From: Octopus sinensis
Lineage: Eukaryota
Direction: 5' to 3'
Assembly: GCF_006345805.1 (NCBI RefSeq)
Contig: NW_021833976.1
Coordinates: forward strand, 1,228 to 65,227
DNA: 64,000 nucleotides
The notes under the pieces were generated by a model. That model saw only the letters and a program-made list of their open reading frames with translations, did no database searches and was not told the origin of the DNA. The position numbers and the translations under genes are program-made. This document shows positions 40,425 through 53,369 of the stretch, piece after piece. Position 1 is the first letter of the stretch; every line of letters begins with the position of its first letter.

Positions 40425-40635
40425 GCGGTGAGCTGACAGAATCGTTACCACACGTCGTAAAACGCATAGCTGTATTTCGTCCGTCTTTTTACGTTCTGAG
40501 TTCAAATTCCAACGAGGTGACTTTGTCTTGCATCCTTTCGGAATAAAATAAGTACCAGTTCTGTGCGGTGGGGATCGATGTATTCGACTTATTCCCCTCC
40601 TTATCAAATGGCTGGCCTTCTGCCAAAGGCTTAAA
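40425..40635 (+). mobile_element. Old SINE-B-related subfamily with alternative tail
   Basis: GAGTTCAAATTCC B box and CATCCTTTCGG core; tail CCCCTCC...GGCCTTCTGCCAAA. Confidence 0.7.
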
Positions 40636-41008
40636 ATCAATATTTACACGCTATTATTTCTACTTTATTTCTCCGAAAGTCTACGTTCCAAAAAAGAATT
40701 ATTTTTTCCACGATTTAAAAATAAAAATTCGAGAAGGAGAAATATTTTGTATCCAGTAACTAAACGCTCGACCATCGTGCACGAATGGTGTAATTGAAGT
40801 ATGTATTTGATTGAAGACACCAAATATATGTTTCCTTAACGTATTTAGACTTATTTCAAATTCCCCATCGCAGACACTTTCTTTCGACAAAAATATATGT
40901 ACGCGAATGTGTGTTTGTGTGTTTCTGTGTGTGAGAATATATACTGAAACACTTACACAGACACACACATATATATACATACATGTACAAGCATATATTG
41001 AAATGTAT

Positions 41009-41042
<34 letters not shown>

Positions 41043-42004
41043 GCATATATATATATATATACATATATGTACAGGCATATAGTGAAATGGATACATACAT
41101 AATACATACATACATACATACATATATATATATGTATAGGGGAGGTATACATATTTAACAATATAAGAAGCTGTGTACAGCATTCTTGTAATCATTGCAA
41201 CCAATTTCGCTTAGGTTCCTGTTTTTAATCATCTCGTGTTATAAATGGGAAGAAGAAGAAAAAATACCCACTTTTCGCGTCATCTATTAATATCGTTGGA
41301 AGAAGAGAAAAAGTGAACGAATAGCTTCTATGAATGGCTGTGTCTGCTTTACAATTCATAAAGTACAACGCTCTTTCTCCTATTGTGTATTGTGATACCT
41401 ACTTATTTTAAGTTCATATTCTTCCAGTTTAAATAATGAAACGTGAATAACATTGCGGTATATATGTATTTACATATGTGTGTGTAGATGCATAATGTTT
41501 TCATATGCTTCAAGGAATAAGCGATAACGTACGCATGTACGAACACACACAAACACACATGCTACATATAGTTTTGTACATGCATATACATATATATATG
41601 TGTATCTCCTTTTCTCTTGGTCACTGATTCTGTCCCCTGCCTTCCACCCTCTTTGATTCCCTCTCTCTCTGTCTCTCTTTCTCTCTCTCCTGCGACCTGC
41701 TGCTTCTTAAACCATTCTGTTGGCCTCGTATCTCGACCAACATGTGTCCCCGCTACCGAAACGGTAATTATTTCTACGCCAGCTATGTTGTTGTTGTTGT
41801 TTGTCTCATTTGGTCTAAAGTCGTATGACAACCACCGTTATATATATTTTGTTTATTCATTACTGTTTTCAATTTCGTTTTCGTCTCTTGTATTCACATC
41901 CGTCTTGTGCGTTCACATTCCTGTCTTCTATCAAGAAATCTAATGCTTACAGCTTATTTTTTTTTTTTTTTTGGGGCTGGCCGAGTTGGAGCAAATATCA
42001 GAAT

Positions 42005-42135
42005 TGAACAGCCGAAATTTCTATGATGATTCGGTGTCTGACTGAAGATGAAGGCTTCGAATGATTTGTCTGTGTTCCGTGTTCGTCCCTTCCTGTATTT
42101 CACGTTCATTATATATAAAAACATTCATTCTTATA
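42005..42135 (+). mobile_element. Repeat F8 copy
   Basis: Near-identical to 13840-13970. Confidence 0.6.
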
Positions 42136-42165
42136 TATAGATATATATATATATATATATTATAT

Positions 42166-42204
<39 letters not shown>

Positions 42205-42274
42205 ACATATATATATAGATACATAGGGATAATTCACAAAAAAGAAAACAAAAAACACGCTCGGGAAGGAAAAA

Positions 42275-42310
42275 GTCTTTTACGCTTCGAGCCTACGCTC
42301 TTCCACAAAA
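42275..42310 (-). ncRNA. Degenerate HHR-like motif (F5)
   Basis: Sense CTTT-TTGTGGA-A-GAGC GTAG GCTC-GAAG-CGT-A-AAAG. Confidence 0.4.
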
Positions 42311-42332
42311 AGGAACACAGAAAGAAACAATG

Positions 42333-42431
<99 letters not shown>

Positions 42432-43121
42432 CATACATATATATAATATATATAGCTTTAATTAATATATAAAATCTGATAAAATAGTTAATAATATCCA
42501 AGTTGCTTGGTTCCTATTACTCTAAAACTACTCGACCCTCATGATCTTTGCATGTATTGGAATGCTTTATATAAATAGATTTTAAATAAATAAATAACAT
42601 TTTATAACTACCAATTTATAATTATACATTATCATATAATGATTAATAATAGCATTTTATTTGATCTATAATAAATATGTGTATAACGAAAATTACAAAC
42701 AATGAATTGAATAGAGAGATACAATTGACAAACCGATAATTCATTTATATTATAATATAATATAATATACTATGAATATAATGTAATATTATATACGATA
42801 ACATAAAATACCAAAAAAAGTCCAGATGTGCAAACAATTTGTTTTGACTTATATATACATAATATATATCATTTGATTTATAAAAAATTTAATACACTTA
42901 TAAAGTCTCATCTGAAGTAAAGTTTTTACTTTAGCGAATACGGATTTTAGGTCTAAGACAATCCTTGGCTATTATGATAACATATAAAAACAATAATCTC
43001 GAGTAAGTAAGACACTGATACTTCATTTATATACCAATATATTGTTGTGTGTTATTAAAATTGTGAAAGATTGTCTTCGGAAAAAACGAGTTAGGATAAA
43101 TATTATTTGAGATATATAGAC

Positions 43122-43496
43122 TAGCTTGCTTACCAACACATGGCTCCGGGTTCAGTCCCACTACGTGGCACCTTGGGCAAGTGTCTTCTACTATAGCCTC
43201 GGGCCGACCAAAGCCTTGTGAGTGGATTTGGTAGAAGGAAACTGAAAGAAGCCCGTCGTATATATATGTATATGTGTGTGTACGTGTGTTTGTGTCTGTG
43301 TTTGTTCCCCTAGCATTTCTTGACAACCGATGCTGGATTGTTTACGTCCCCGTAACTTAGCGGTTCGGCAAAAGGGACCGATAGAATAAGTACTAGGCTT
43401 ACAAAGAATAAGTCCTTGGGTCGATGTGGTCCACTAAAGGAGGTGCTCCATGATGGCCACAGTCAAATGACTGAAACAAGTAAAAGAGTAAAAGAG
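43122..43496 (+). mobile_element. SINE-A, lacking the A box
   Basis: Begins at TAGCTTGCTTACCAAC; tail intact. Confidence 0.88.
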
Positions 43497-43774
43497 TATG
43501 TATTTCGGTATTTGCAGATTCTATTTACTTAATCACGGTGTCCGTTATAATTTTGTTGTTTTTCAATTGTAATTGTTATGTAGTTCACGCTTATAATGCA
43601 TAGGGATTGGTTTCTTAATGATCTCTTTTTAATGTTTGTCTTATCTTATTTTATGTTATATTCATAGTATATTATGTTATAATATAAACAAATAATTGCA
43701 AAGTCAATCGCATCTTGGTAATTAATATATTGTTGATATATACATACATACATATATATACACACACATACGCA

Positions 43775-43828
<54 letters not shown>

Positions 43829-43870
43829 CTATCTATCTATCTATCTATATATATATAATATATATAATAT

Positions 43871-43907
<37 letters not shown>

Positions 43908-44067
43908 TTTATAATATATTATTACATACATACATAAACGTTTGTATATGTATATATATATATGGTAGTATATATAGTATTATATATTACACATATATAT
44001 ACATGTATTATAAAATATTAAATATAATATACATATAAATATAAATGTATATATATATATATATAAC

Positions 44068-44126
<59 letters not shown>

Positions 44127-44164
44127 TATTATAGTATATATTATATATTATGTATTATATGTAT

Positions 44165-44434
44165 TGTCCCTTCTCGAGCCATGCCTGGCTCATAAGGGCC
44201 GGTTTTCAGGTTCCTTTTTGCGTATAGGCAGGCGAGCTGCAAAATGCAGGAAGAAAGAGTGAGAGAAAGTTGTGGCGAAAGAGTCAGCAGAAGTCCGCCA
44301 TTACCTTCTGCCGGAGGCGCCTGGCGCTTACGTGTTTCGCTCATAAACGCACACATCGCCTGGTCTGAGATTCGAACACCGCGATCTCTCTACCGCGAGT
44401 CCTCTGCACTAACCACTCAGCCATGTGCCTCCAC
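44165..44434 (-). mobile_element. Diverged SINE-C; tail related to the 24503 copy
   Basis: Sense head GTGGAGGCACATGGCTGAGTGG; tail ...CCGGCCCTTATGAGCCAGGCATGGCTCGAG. Confidence 0.75.
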
Positions 44435-44498
44435 ACACATACACACACACACTCGCGCGCACGCGCACAGACACACACACGCACACACAAACACATTG

Positions 44499-44594
44499 TA
44501 TATTGAGGTACAAAGATATTGCCACGAAATAGATTTATACGTACGTACGTTCATATAAAGGTATCCCGTGGCAATATCTTTATACCTCAATATA
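44499..44594. repeat. 96-nt hairpin with 28-bp arms
   Basis: TATATTGAGGTACAAAGATATTGCCACG pairs with CGTGGCAATATCTTTATACCTCAATATA (1 mismatch). Confidence 0.85.
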
Positions 44595-45563
44595 TTTGTG
44601 AATTTATTGGTGCAGCCATTATGTTATTGTGCAAGTCGAAAACATACTTCAATCGCTAATAGGGAGTGAATAATATTGTTGAAGTTATTTAAAGCTAAAC
44701 GACGATAATATAGAATTTAAGGTTAAAATTCCGTACCATCGTGTTTATTAATTTGCTGTTAATTAGCCCCAGAAACAACGAAGCAAATCAGAATTTCGTA
44801 GATTCATGTTTAATTACAAACCACGCACTGTATCAATATAATTCTTAAAGAATTGATAGAAACTATATAAATAAACGCATTTGACTTCCTTATTTCAGCC
44901 ATTTTATATTTATATGCATTTATATATTCAGAAACAACGATAACAAATAAGGAAGCAGACGATGATAAAAATATCAAAGAAAAACACCAACGGTGAGAAG
45001 AATTCCATCAATAATGGTAATTTCTGAAAATCTACTGTGGTTTAAAATGGTGGAGGAATATTTTCTTTTGTTTTGAAATGAGCGGCTTGTTTCCATCAAG
45101 ATTATTCTGTTTACCAATTAAGGTCAAAGCACAAATAGAAACAAACGTTGAAGAATTACAAAGAGAATGAAATTATGCAAATTATAGGATTTGTGTTTGC
45201 ACACTTCAGGTTCTTTTGTCTGGAAGTTCAAATAACATTCAACGATCTGCCTAAGGCAAGCTGAATATATGAAGATTTAATTTTATAAATTTCTTGCAGT
45301 ACATTATCAGTATGTCTTCAATACGTTCCATCCACAGGTGTATTGTGTCTACATATATACGTACAGTGAAATGTTTCGTATTCGAAAATAGATACGATAC
45401 GAAAACATATTAACACGTATGCCTTCTATTTTCAAATGCATTTATATACACCACAAAGGTTTGTTCATGTATGCATATCAGTACATGTTTGTTTGGTTAT
45501 GTATATATATGCATATATCTCTCATCTCTCTCTCATCTCTCTCTCTTTTCTATATATATATAT

Positions 45564-45609
<46 letters not shown>

Positions 45610-45720
45610 GTATATATGTATGTATGTATATATATATATACAGAGAGAGATAAATAGACAGATAGATAATAGAGAGACAGACAGATAGAAAAATAGAAGA
45701 TAGATAGATAGATAGATATG

Positions 45721-45760
<40 letters not shown>

Positions 45761-46016
45761 GATAGATAGATAGATAGATAAACTACATTTACTTTTGTTT
45801 ATGCATTTGTGCAAAAATCTTATTTCTCGCTATATTTAAAATTTCAATTATTTCTCAAATTAAAGTTAACTTCTAAATCAGAAACTATTACTGGTGTTTA
45901 TTACATATCACATTTGCAATTTGTATCTATATCTATATATCTTCCCCAATCCTTCTCCATCTCTCTCTCTCTCTCTCTCTCGCTGTATACTCGCATACAT
46001 GTATATCTATACATAA

Positions 46017-46060
<44 letters not shown>

Positions 46061-46171
46061 ATACATAAGCGCATTTATATATATATAGTTAATCCAACAT
46101 GAAAACACAAAGAGGAAACTCAACAACGCGAGGACGTGGAACAAGTATAGTGTTTTGGACGTCTCGGACGC

Positions 46172-46409
46172 TTCTTCCTCTTCTTCTTTTTCTTCTTCTT
46201 CTTCTTCTTCTTCTTCTTCTTCTTCTTCTTCTTCTTCTCCTCTTCCACCTCCGCCTCCTCCTCATCATCATCAGCACCCTCCCCTCCTTCTCCTCCTCTT
46301 CCTCCTCGTCCTCGTCCTCGTCCTCGTCCTCCTCGTCGTCGTCGTCCTCCTCCTCCTCCTCCTACTACTACTACTTCTTCTCCTTCTTATTCTTATTCTT
46401 ATTCTTATT

Positions 46410-46442
<33 letters not shown>

Positions 46443-46472
46443 TTACTTCTTCTCCTTATTCTTATTCTTATT

Positions 46473-46522
<50 letters not shown>

Positions 46523-46560
46523 TCTTCTGTTCCTCCTCCTCCTCCTCCTCCTTCTTCTTT
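46172..46560. repeat. Patchwork trinucleotide microsatellite (TTC/TCC/GTC/TAC)
   Basis: Visible triplet runs; poly-S/L/Y ORFs are artefacts. Confidence 0.95.
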
Positions 46561-46619
46561 CATCCTAAGGAAACATTACTAATTTTATGCCCTGAAAAGT
46601 GTTAAAAGAATAGAACCGA

Positions 46620-47665
46620 TTAGGTTCAGCAAGGCACTAGCAATAGAGAAAGAAACAAAAGAGCCCAAGGAGAGGCATTGCTATTGAAGTGTTGGTGGCG
46701 AGATCGATCCTGGACTGATTCTGCAATGCCAAACAGGGTGGATGCGTTGGCAGGGCTAGTGCATGTGCTGAAAGAAATAACGGAACTACAGCCGCTCGAT
46801 GGGTCACAATGGAAGTTGTTCAAAGTGACAAGAAAGCAACTATTCGGTCGTTGTTGGGGCAAAGTGGATGTACGGAATTTGAGCCCGAGCTGGTGTATGC
46901 CTCATTTCAGCGGCTCTTCACCCAACTATTTGGGACGAATGGCGGTTCGGTGTGCAGGATGGACTTTATTGCCAACTTCGATGGCATGTCATCACTTTTG
47001 GCAAGTGGGGCGAGGCGTTCCGAAATGCCGATACCACCTGCAGAAACACGGGATGTAATGATGGGCTGCACGCTGAGCAAATTGCCTGGCTTGGGTGGTC
47101 TGCTCTAAGAGCTTTATTATTATATACCAGACATGTTTGGCGGGCTTTTAACAGATATCTCACGCAACTGGCAGCAGAATGGGAGATTTCTTAGCTAAGT
47201 GAGCCGAGGAGAGGTGGCAATGCCGGGAAAGGACCCGAACAAGAGCAGTCAAATAGAAAATTTTCGCTGCTGAATGCAAACTTCGAAATTTTGGCAAAGA
47301 TGCCTGCGAAAATGTTGGCACTTGTCATGATGCGCAAACTGGTGCCATCCCAAGCAGATCAATCCAAGACAACCTCCACCTTATGCAACATATCATGCAA
47401 CATATCATAATGAGGCTGGCATGGGTGGGGCTTTCATCAATTTGGATCAATCTAATGCTTTTAGTAGGGCTGACCACCAATACTTGGCGGCCGGTTTTTG
47501 TCCTATTTTCCGTGGCTGTATCACAGCAAGGCACAGCAACATCAGTTCAGTAGTTCGGGTAAATGGTATCTATCGGAGCCATTCAGCACCATGCCCTCGG
47601 GCCGTCAAGGCTCTCCCCTCTCATCTCTCCTGTATGTCATAGTTCTAGGGCCACTACTTCGGATG
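46620..47665 (+). mobile_element. Decayed L1/Tx1-type LINE reverse-transcriptase region
   Basis: INLDQSNAFSRADHQYL (LD..KAFD.V.H motif), SKLPGLGGLL (K.PG.DG motif), GRQGSPLSSLLYVIVLGPLL (RQG.PLS motif); frameshifts. Confidence 0.85.
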
Positions 47666-48043
47666 TATTAGTATTAAAATATAAAAGAAAAATATAAGGA
47701 ATGCTTTGATAATATTTGTTCCAACTATTTATATTTAGAACTCACTGATATCTTATTTGAAATCAACGATTTTGGAATCGGACAACTTAAAACAACGGAT
47801 GGAGTAATCGATTATAGCGTCTTTACCCTAAACTTCAGTCTCTTAGGGCTAAATTAGAAAGAGTTCCAATATGGTAGCGTTTTGTCTTGGCTGAAATTGT
47901 GGATTCTTTTGGAATTTCTGAAATTGCAGCTTTTTTTCATATAGATATGGTCGTTGTTCTCGTCACTGCTCTTTTGTTATTCTTCTTATTGTTGCTACAA
48001 GCAAGGTGTTGTTGCTGTTTAACAGCAATATATTCGTGGTTGA

Positions 48044-48456
48044 GTGGAGGCGCAATGGCCCAGTGGTTAGGGCAGCGGACTCGCGGTCATAGGATCGCGG
48101 TTTCGATTCCCAGACCGGGCGTTGTGAGTGTTTATTGACCGAAAACACCTAAAAGCTCCACGAGGCTCCGGCAGGGGATGCTGGTGATCCCTGCTGTACT
48201 CTTTCACCACAACTTTCTCTCACTCTTACTTCCTGTTTCTGTTGTACCTGTATTTCAAGGGGCCGGCCTTGTCACTCTCTGTGTCACGCTGAATATCCCC
48301 GAGAACTACGTTAAGGGTACACGTGTCTGTGGAGTGCTCAGCCACTTACACGTTAATTTCACGAGCAGGCTGTTCCGTTGATTCGGATCAACCGGAACCC
48401 TCGTCGTCGTAACCGACGGAGTACTTCTTCTCTAAACCGACGGAGTGCTTCCCCAC
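48044..48456 (+). mobile_element. SINE-C, full length, 10-bp TSD TCGTGGTTGA
   Basis: TSD at 48034-48043 and 48457-48466; tail shared with SINE-D. Confidence 0.92.
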
Positions 48457-48555
48457 TCGTGGTTGAACAGACTTATGGACAGAAGACACTTTTATTTGGA
48501 CAATGATGTCGATATTAGTCAACATCTCATTCATTTCGTTTCACTTCTTTTTCAG

Positions 48556-48603
48556 ACCCGAGTATACTGACGTTGCAACCGCTCAAGCTTTTGTTCTTCA
48601 TGC
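48556..48603 (+). other. Candidate 48-bp symmetric micro-exon
   Basis: Polypyrimidine tract TTCACTTCTTTTTCAG| and |GTAAGT; two open frames (PEYTDVATAQAFVLH or PSILTLQPLKLLFFM); product unrecognised. Confidence 0.35.
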
Positions 48604-49721
48604 GTAAGTCAGCGGTAAACTATTTCGCATACTACCACAGACATGCACCTCGAGAAACTCCTGTCTATTTTTGTACGAACGCCTGTTATGCAGCATCACA
48701 TTAATTGCTGAGTCAATTGTCGGCCTTATTCTAATAGATAACGGTAAGGTCTGAGAGTAGTGCGCCGTCTATATCTAGCATGGAGGGCGGCTGCGTTGAG
48801 TACACAAAGCAACCATATAACCCGGAAGCGGCTTGTAATCTACAATAGTCAGACATCATTTCCGATGAAGACAGGGATAAGAGATGTTTCATCGTTTATT
48901 CCTTTTCCTTTGGGACATAAATTTCTTATTTACATTTTCTCTTTCGTTTTGCTGTCAGATAAAAAAAATCAATTAGATATATAGATTATGCAATATACTT
49001 AAAATTATTAACCTATATGACATAGACAAACAAACGGATCAGATTCTTATAAAATAAAGTAAAATAAAGCAGGAAAACGAAAAAAAAAAGAGAGGGTTTA
49101 CAAATGTAAATACAATCTAATTATAGGTGATTGAGGTATGGAGAAAAATAAATCTACATTTAAAGCAAACTATATTTTAAACAATACAACTTTATTCGAT
49201 GCAGCCATTAGCTATAAACCCCACGTTCTCATGTTATGTATGTAAATATGTTTGCGTGCATGTATGCATTTCTAAATGTATGTATATTATTATGTGAGTA
49301 TGATTGTATATGTGTTTATATGTAATCAGATTTATCCACCACAAACTAGATATCGCGTAGCGATGTCTCTCTTACAACAAAAGACACTGTAATAATGCTT
49401 CGGAGAAGGAAATAAAGAGGAATAAAATCTAAATCATAAGAAGGGGGAAAAAAAGCACAATTTCAGGAAGAAAAGGAGACGATATAGGAAAAAAAAATAA
49501 TGTAAAGAAATCGGTTCAGGAAAGAAATAGAAATAAAAACATGAAGATATATAGCAATTTCTTCATTTCTGCAAAGAAAATCAATAGTCATCTTTGAGTT
49601 GAGAGAGTTTATGGAAGGAAGTGAAAAATACCCTTGAAAATACATTATCTGCGAACAATCCCAGAAAACAAATGAGGAAATTAAGACAACAACAATAACA
49701 GCAACCGCCAAAGCAGCTTTA

Positions 49722-49757
49722 ATAATGATGATGATGATGATGATGATGATGAAGATG

Positions 49758-49804
<47 letters not shown>

Positions 49805-49853
49805 AAACAACAGCAACAGTAATAATAATAACGACGAAGATGATGATGATGAG

Positions 49854-49885
<32 letters not shown>

Positions 49886-50194
49886 CGGTGGTGGCGGTGG
49901 TGGTGGTGGTTTTGATGGTGGTGGTGGTGGTGGTGATGATGATCATGATGATCATGATCATGATGATGAACATGTTGGTGGTGGTGGTGGTGGTGGTGGT
50001 TTTGATGGCGGTGGTGGTGGTGGTGATGATGATGATGATGATGATGATAATGATGATGATGATGATGATCATGTTGGTGGTGGTGGTGGTGGTGGTGGTT
50101 TTGATGGCGGTGGTGGTGGTGGTGATGATGATGATGATGATGATGATAATGATGATGATGATGATGATGATGATTATGATGATGATGATGTTGT

Positions 50195-50242
<48 letters not shown>
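49722..50242. repeat. Compound (GAT)/(AAT)/(GGT) microsatellite with ~100-bp higher-order repeats
   Basis: Block GGT6-8 TTTGATGG(C/T) GGT5-6 (GAT)n occurs three times. Confidence 0.92.
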
Positions 50243-50243
<1 letters not shown>

Positions 50244-50871
50244 AATAGTGCCAGAGGGAATAAGAGTAAGATGATTGCGGGAGGGCTGGGTGTAAAGAAA
50301 TGTGTATAAAAATACTTTTTTTGTTAAGAGAAAGAATGTCAGGTTGGAGGAAAAAAAAAAACTTAATAAAATAATGCGAGGAAATGACAAAGAAAAAAGA
50401 AAAGGAGTCGTAATTTGGGTAGATGACAGTAAGAATATGAAAACGACATGAAAGATAGAAAATCGATTAAACGAATATAAGGTGAAAAAATATGTAGCAG
50501 GTAAGGGCAAGTACGGGAGAATAATTACTGAAGGATGCTGTATATGTAATAAACGAGTTATTTACTGTCAGTTTTCTGTTAAATAGAATTAAAAAGGCAA
50601 AGTCTCTACGGATCCCACAGTTCTATATTGGACGCTCAGGACGCTCCTCTTCTTCTTCTTCTTCTTCTTCTTCTTCTTCTTCTCTCCTCCTCCTTCTTCT
50701 TCTTCTTCTTCTTCTTCTTCTTCTTCTTCTTCTTTTTCTTTCTTCTTCTTCTTCTTCTTCTTCTTCTTCTTTCTTCTTCCTCTTCTATAAGTAAAATTAA
50801 AGACAGGCAGACTCCTTCAATTATACATCTTGGGAAGCCAAAATACCAGATTAAATTCAAATCTTACTAGA

Positions 50872-51255
50872 GTGGAGGTGCAATGGCCCAGTGGTTAGGG
50901 CAGCGGACTCGCGGTCGGAGGATCGCGGTGTCGATTCCCAGACCGGGCATTGTGAGTGTTTATTGAGCGAAAACACCTAAAAAGCTCCACGACGCTCCGG
51001 CAGTGGGTGGTGGTGAACCCTGCTGTACTCTTTCACCACAACTTTCTCTCGCTCTTTCTTCCTGTTTCTCTTGTACCTGTATTTCAAAGGGCCAGCCTTG
51101 TCACACTCTGTGTCACGCTGAATCTCCTCGAGAACTACGTTAAGGGTACACGTGTCGGTGGAGTGCTCAGCCACTTGCACGTTAATATCACGAGCAAGCT
51201 GTTCCGTTGATCGTATCAGCTGGGACCCTCATCGTCGCAACCAATGGAGTGCTCC
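50872..51255 (+). mobile_element. SINE-C
   Basis: Same head and tail as the 48044 copy. Confidence 0.9.
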
Positions 51256-51257
51256 TA

Positions 51258-51812
51258 TCTATATTTAAGATATGAGGAATTATGTACATTATTTACATTT
51301 GACGATATTTGTCCTCATCTTGTTTGTTGTTAACACATCGTTTCGGCTGATATACCCTCCAACCTTCATCAGGTGTCTTGGGGGAAATTTAGAACCTGGG
51401 TTCTCATTCCTGGGTGAAAACAAAAATATTTTGGAAATCTTTCCTTTAAAGGGGTATATTTTTCTTTCGGTATAAGATTCAGGAACAATTGCATAATCAC
51501 AAAATAATCTAGTGAAATATATCATAATTGATCCCACAGTTCTATATTTAAGGGAATAGAAATTATGTACATTATTTACATTTGACGGATATTTGTCCTC
51601 ATCTTGTTTGTTGTTAACACAACGTTTCGGCTGATATACCCTCCAACCTTCATCAGGTGTCTTGGGGAAATTTAGAAACTGGGTTCTCATTCCTGGGTGA
51701 AAACAAAAATATTTTGGAAATCTTTCCTTTAAAGGGGTATATTTTTCTTTCGGTATAAGATTCAGGAGCAATTGTATAATCACAAAATAATCTAGTGAAA
51801 TATATCATAATT
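51258..51812 (-). mobile_element. HHR family F1: 284-bp tandem dimer (retrozyme / Penelope pLTR-like)
   Basis: Two near-identical units; HHR motifs at 51332-51377 and 51616-51661. Confidence 0.88.
51616..51661 (-). ncRNA. Intact type I hammerhead motif (F1), palindromic ACGU stem III
   Basis: Sense GACAC-CTGATGA-A-GGTTG GAGGGTATAT CAGCC-GAAA-CGT-T-GTGTT; the sister copy at 51332-51377 has U16.1 changed to A. Confidence 0.8.
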
Positions 51813-51822
51813 TTATAAGGGA

Positions 51823-52222
51823 CTGGCAGTATCGCCCGGCGTTGCTCGGGTTTGTAAGGGAAATAACTATATAAGCATTTTTAGAGAGTTATAGCCAAAA
51901 AATAGCAAAAAAATGCATTAAAAATGGAAAAAAAAATGATGGTAAATTTCTTTTTAAATCGTTGACTCATCGTAGACATTTTTAGAGAGTTACTTCCCTT
52001 ATATAATAGCGAAAAAATGCATTAAAATGGAAAAAATTATGGTAATTTTTTTTAAAATCGTAGACTCATCGTAGACGCGCGCTAATACCCAGAAGGGCTC
52101 GATATGAATCACGACTATAAGATACCCGGTTTTGGTTAAACTGCACCGCAAAATGTGGGAGTAGTTAGGAATCTAAATCGTAGGAGACAGACAGCACACA
52201 ACCTCACTTTTATATATAAAGA
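51823..52222 (-). mobile_element. Non-autonomous Helitron
   Basis: Same family as the 5336 copy; sense terminus CCAG instead of CTAG; fewer internal subrepeats. Confidence 0.85.
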
Positions 52223-52478
52223 TGTCATCATGGAGTGAACAAATGTTAAGCATATTATTGTTACGCTTAGTGGGGGAAATGGTATTGTTACTAATTGATT
52301 GTTTCTTGATGGGGAGTTTAGTCTGCCGCAACAAAAAAAAACAGTTTTCGTTTTAAAAAGGAATTAAGGTCACTTTCCGTTTATAGCAAGAAGAAAAGAA
52401 AATGAAGGTTTTTAAATTTCTAATTTCGTAAGAACTGACATTTTAACAGAAAGGAGTGATAAACCATATAATCTTTCT

Positions 52479-52707
52479 GCGAGCTGGCAGAAACGTTAGA
52501 GCGCCGGGCGAAATGCGTAGTCGTTTTTCGTCTGCCGTTACGTTCTGAGTTCAAATTCCGCCGAGATCGACTTTGCCTTTAATCCTTTCGCGGTCGATAA
52601 ATTAAGTACCAGTTACGCACTGGGGTCGATGTAATCAACTTAATCCCTTTGTCAGTCCTTGTTTGTCCCCTCTATGTTTAGCCCCTTGTGGGTAGTAAAG
52701 AGATATA
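52479..52707 (+). mobile_element. SINE-B with 14-bp TSD CATATAATCTTTCT
   Basis: TSD at 52465-52478 and 52708-52721. Confidence 0.92.
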
Positions 52708-52734
52708 CATATAATCTTTCTACCCAAGTCTACC

Positions 52735-53035
52735 CATTTCTAAACTTAGATAAACTTAGATATGTTTCGACCAAAGATCGGTCCAGGCTATGTGTAACTT
52801 AATAGCACCAGCTGATAGGATTATCTAAATCTTGCTTAAGTCGAGTATTGTTTATATTCCATTGAAGTAGTGAGTTCTTGTTGAGTCAGTTGTAACAAGG
52901 TATGGCTGGCTTATCCAGTATTCCTTGTAGAAATCTGTCCAGACTCCGTTTAAAGGTGACGAGATCCTTTTCCTCTTTGATTTCTTTCGGGACAATGTTA
53001 GACAGGGCAGGGCCTGTTGAGGAAAAGAAGTTATA
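52735..53035 (-). mobile_element. CR1/L2-like LINE 3' end
   Basis: Translation NFFSSTGPALSNIVPKEIKEEKDLVTFKRSLDRFLQGILDKP...NSLLQW; 3' UTR hairpin GACC/GGTC and (ATCTAAGTTT)2 tail. Confidence 0.75.
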
Positions 53036-53369
53036 TATAAAAACGTATAATGTATTTCATTTTGATTGTGAAAGCTATATTGTGTAACGTATTTTTATAA
53101 AGATAAGCAGCGACTATATTGACGTTATGAGATTATTAGTTATAGAGACAAGGTAACTTAATATCATAGGATGATAATTGGATAGGCTGAGTTACTGTCA
53201 ATATTTACATTTTAAGTAAAGAGATAACAAATGTATGGTATTTAGATAATTTTCTTCAAATGTATTTATAAAATTATTTTCAAATATATCTGACTCATGA
53301 ATGTTAAAGGAACATATCTTTTGGGGTGCAAAATACGAGAAATTTGGATAACGATTTATTGAGGTAGCT

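Noticed and set aside
52755-52795. GACC/GGTC stem followed by GAAAC on the - strand, resembling half an HHR
   Set aside because: No CUGANGA core upstream; it is the 3' UTR stem-loop of the CR1/L2-like fragment
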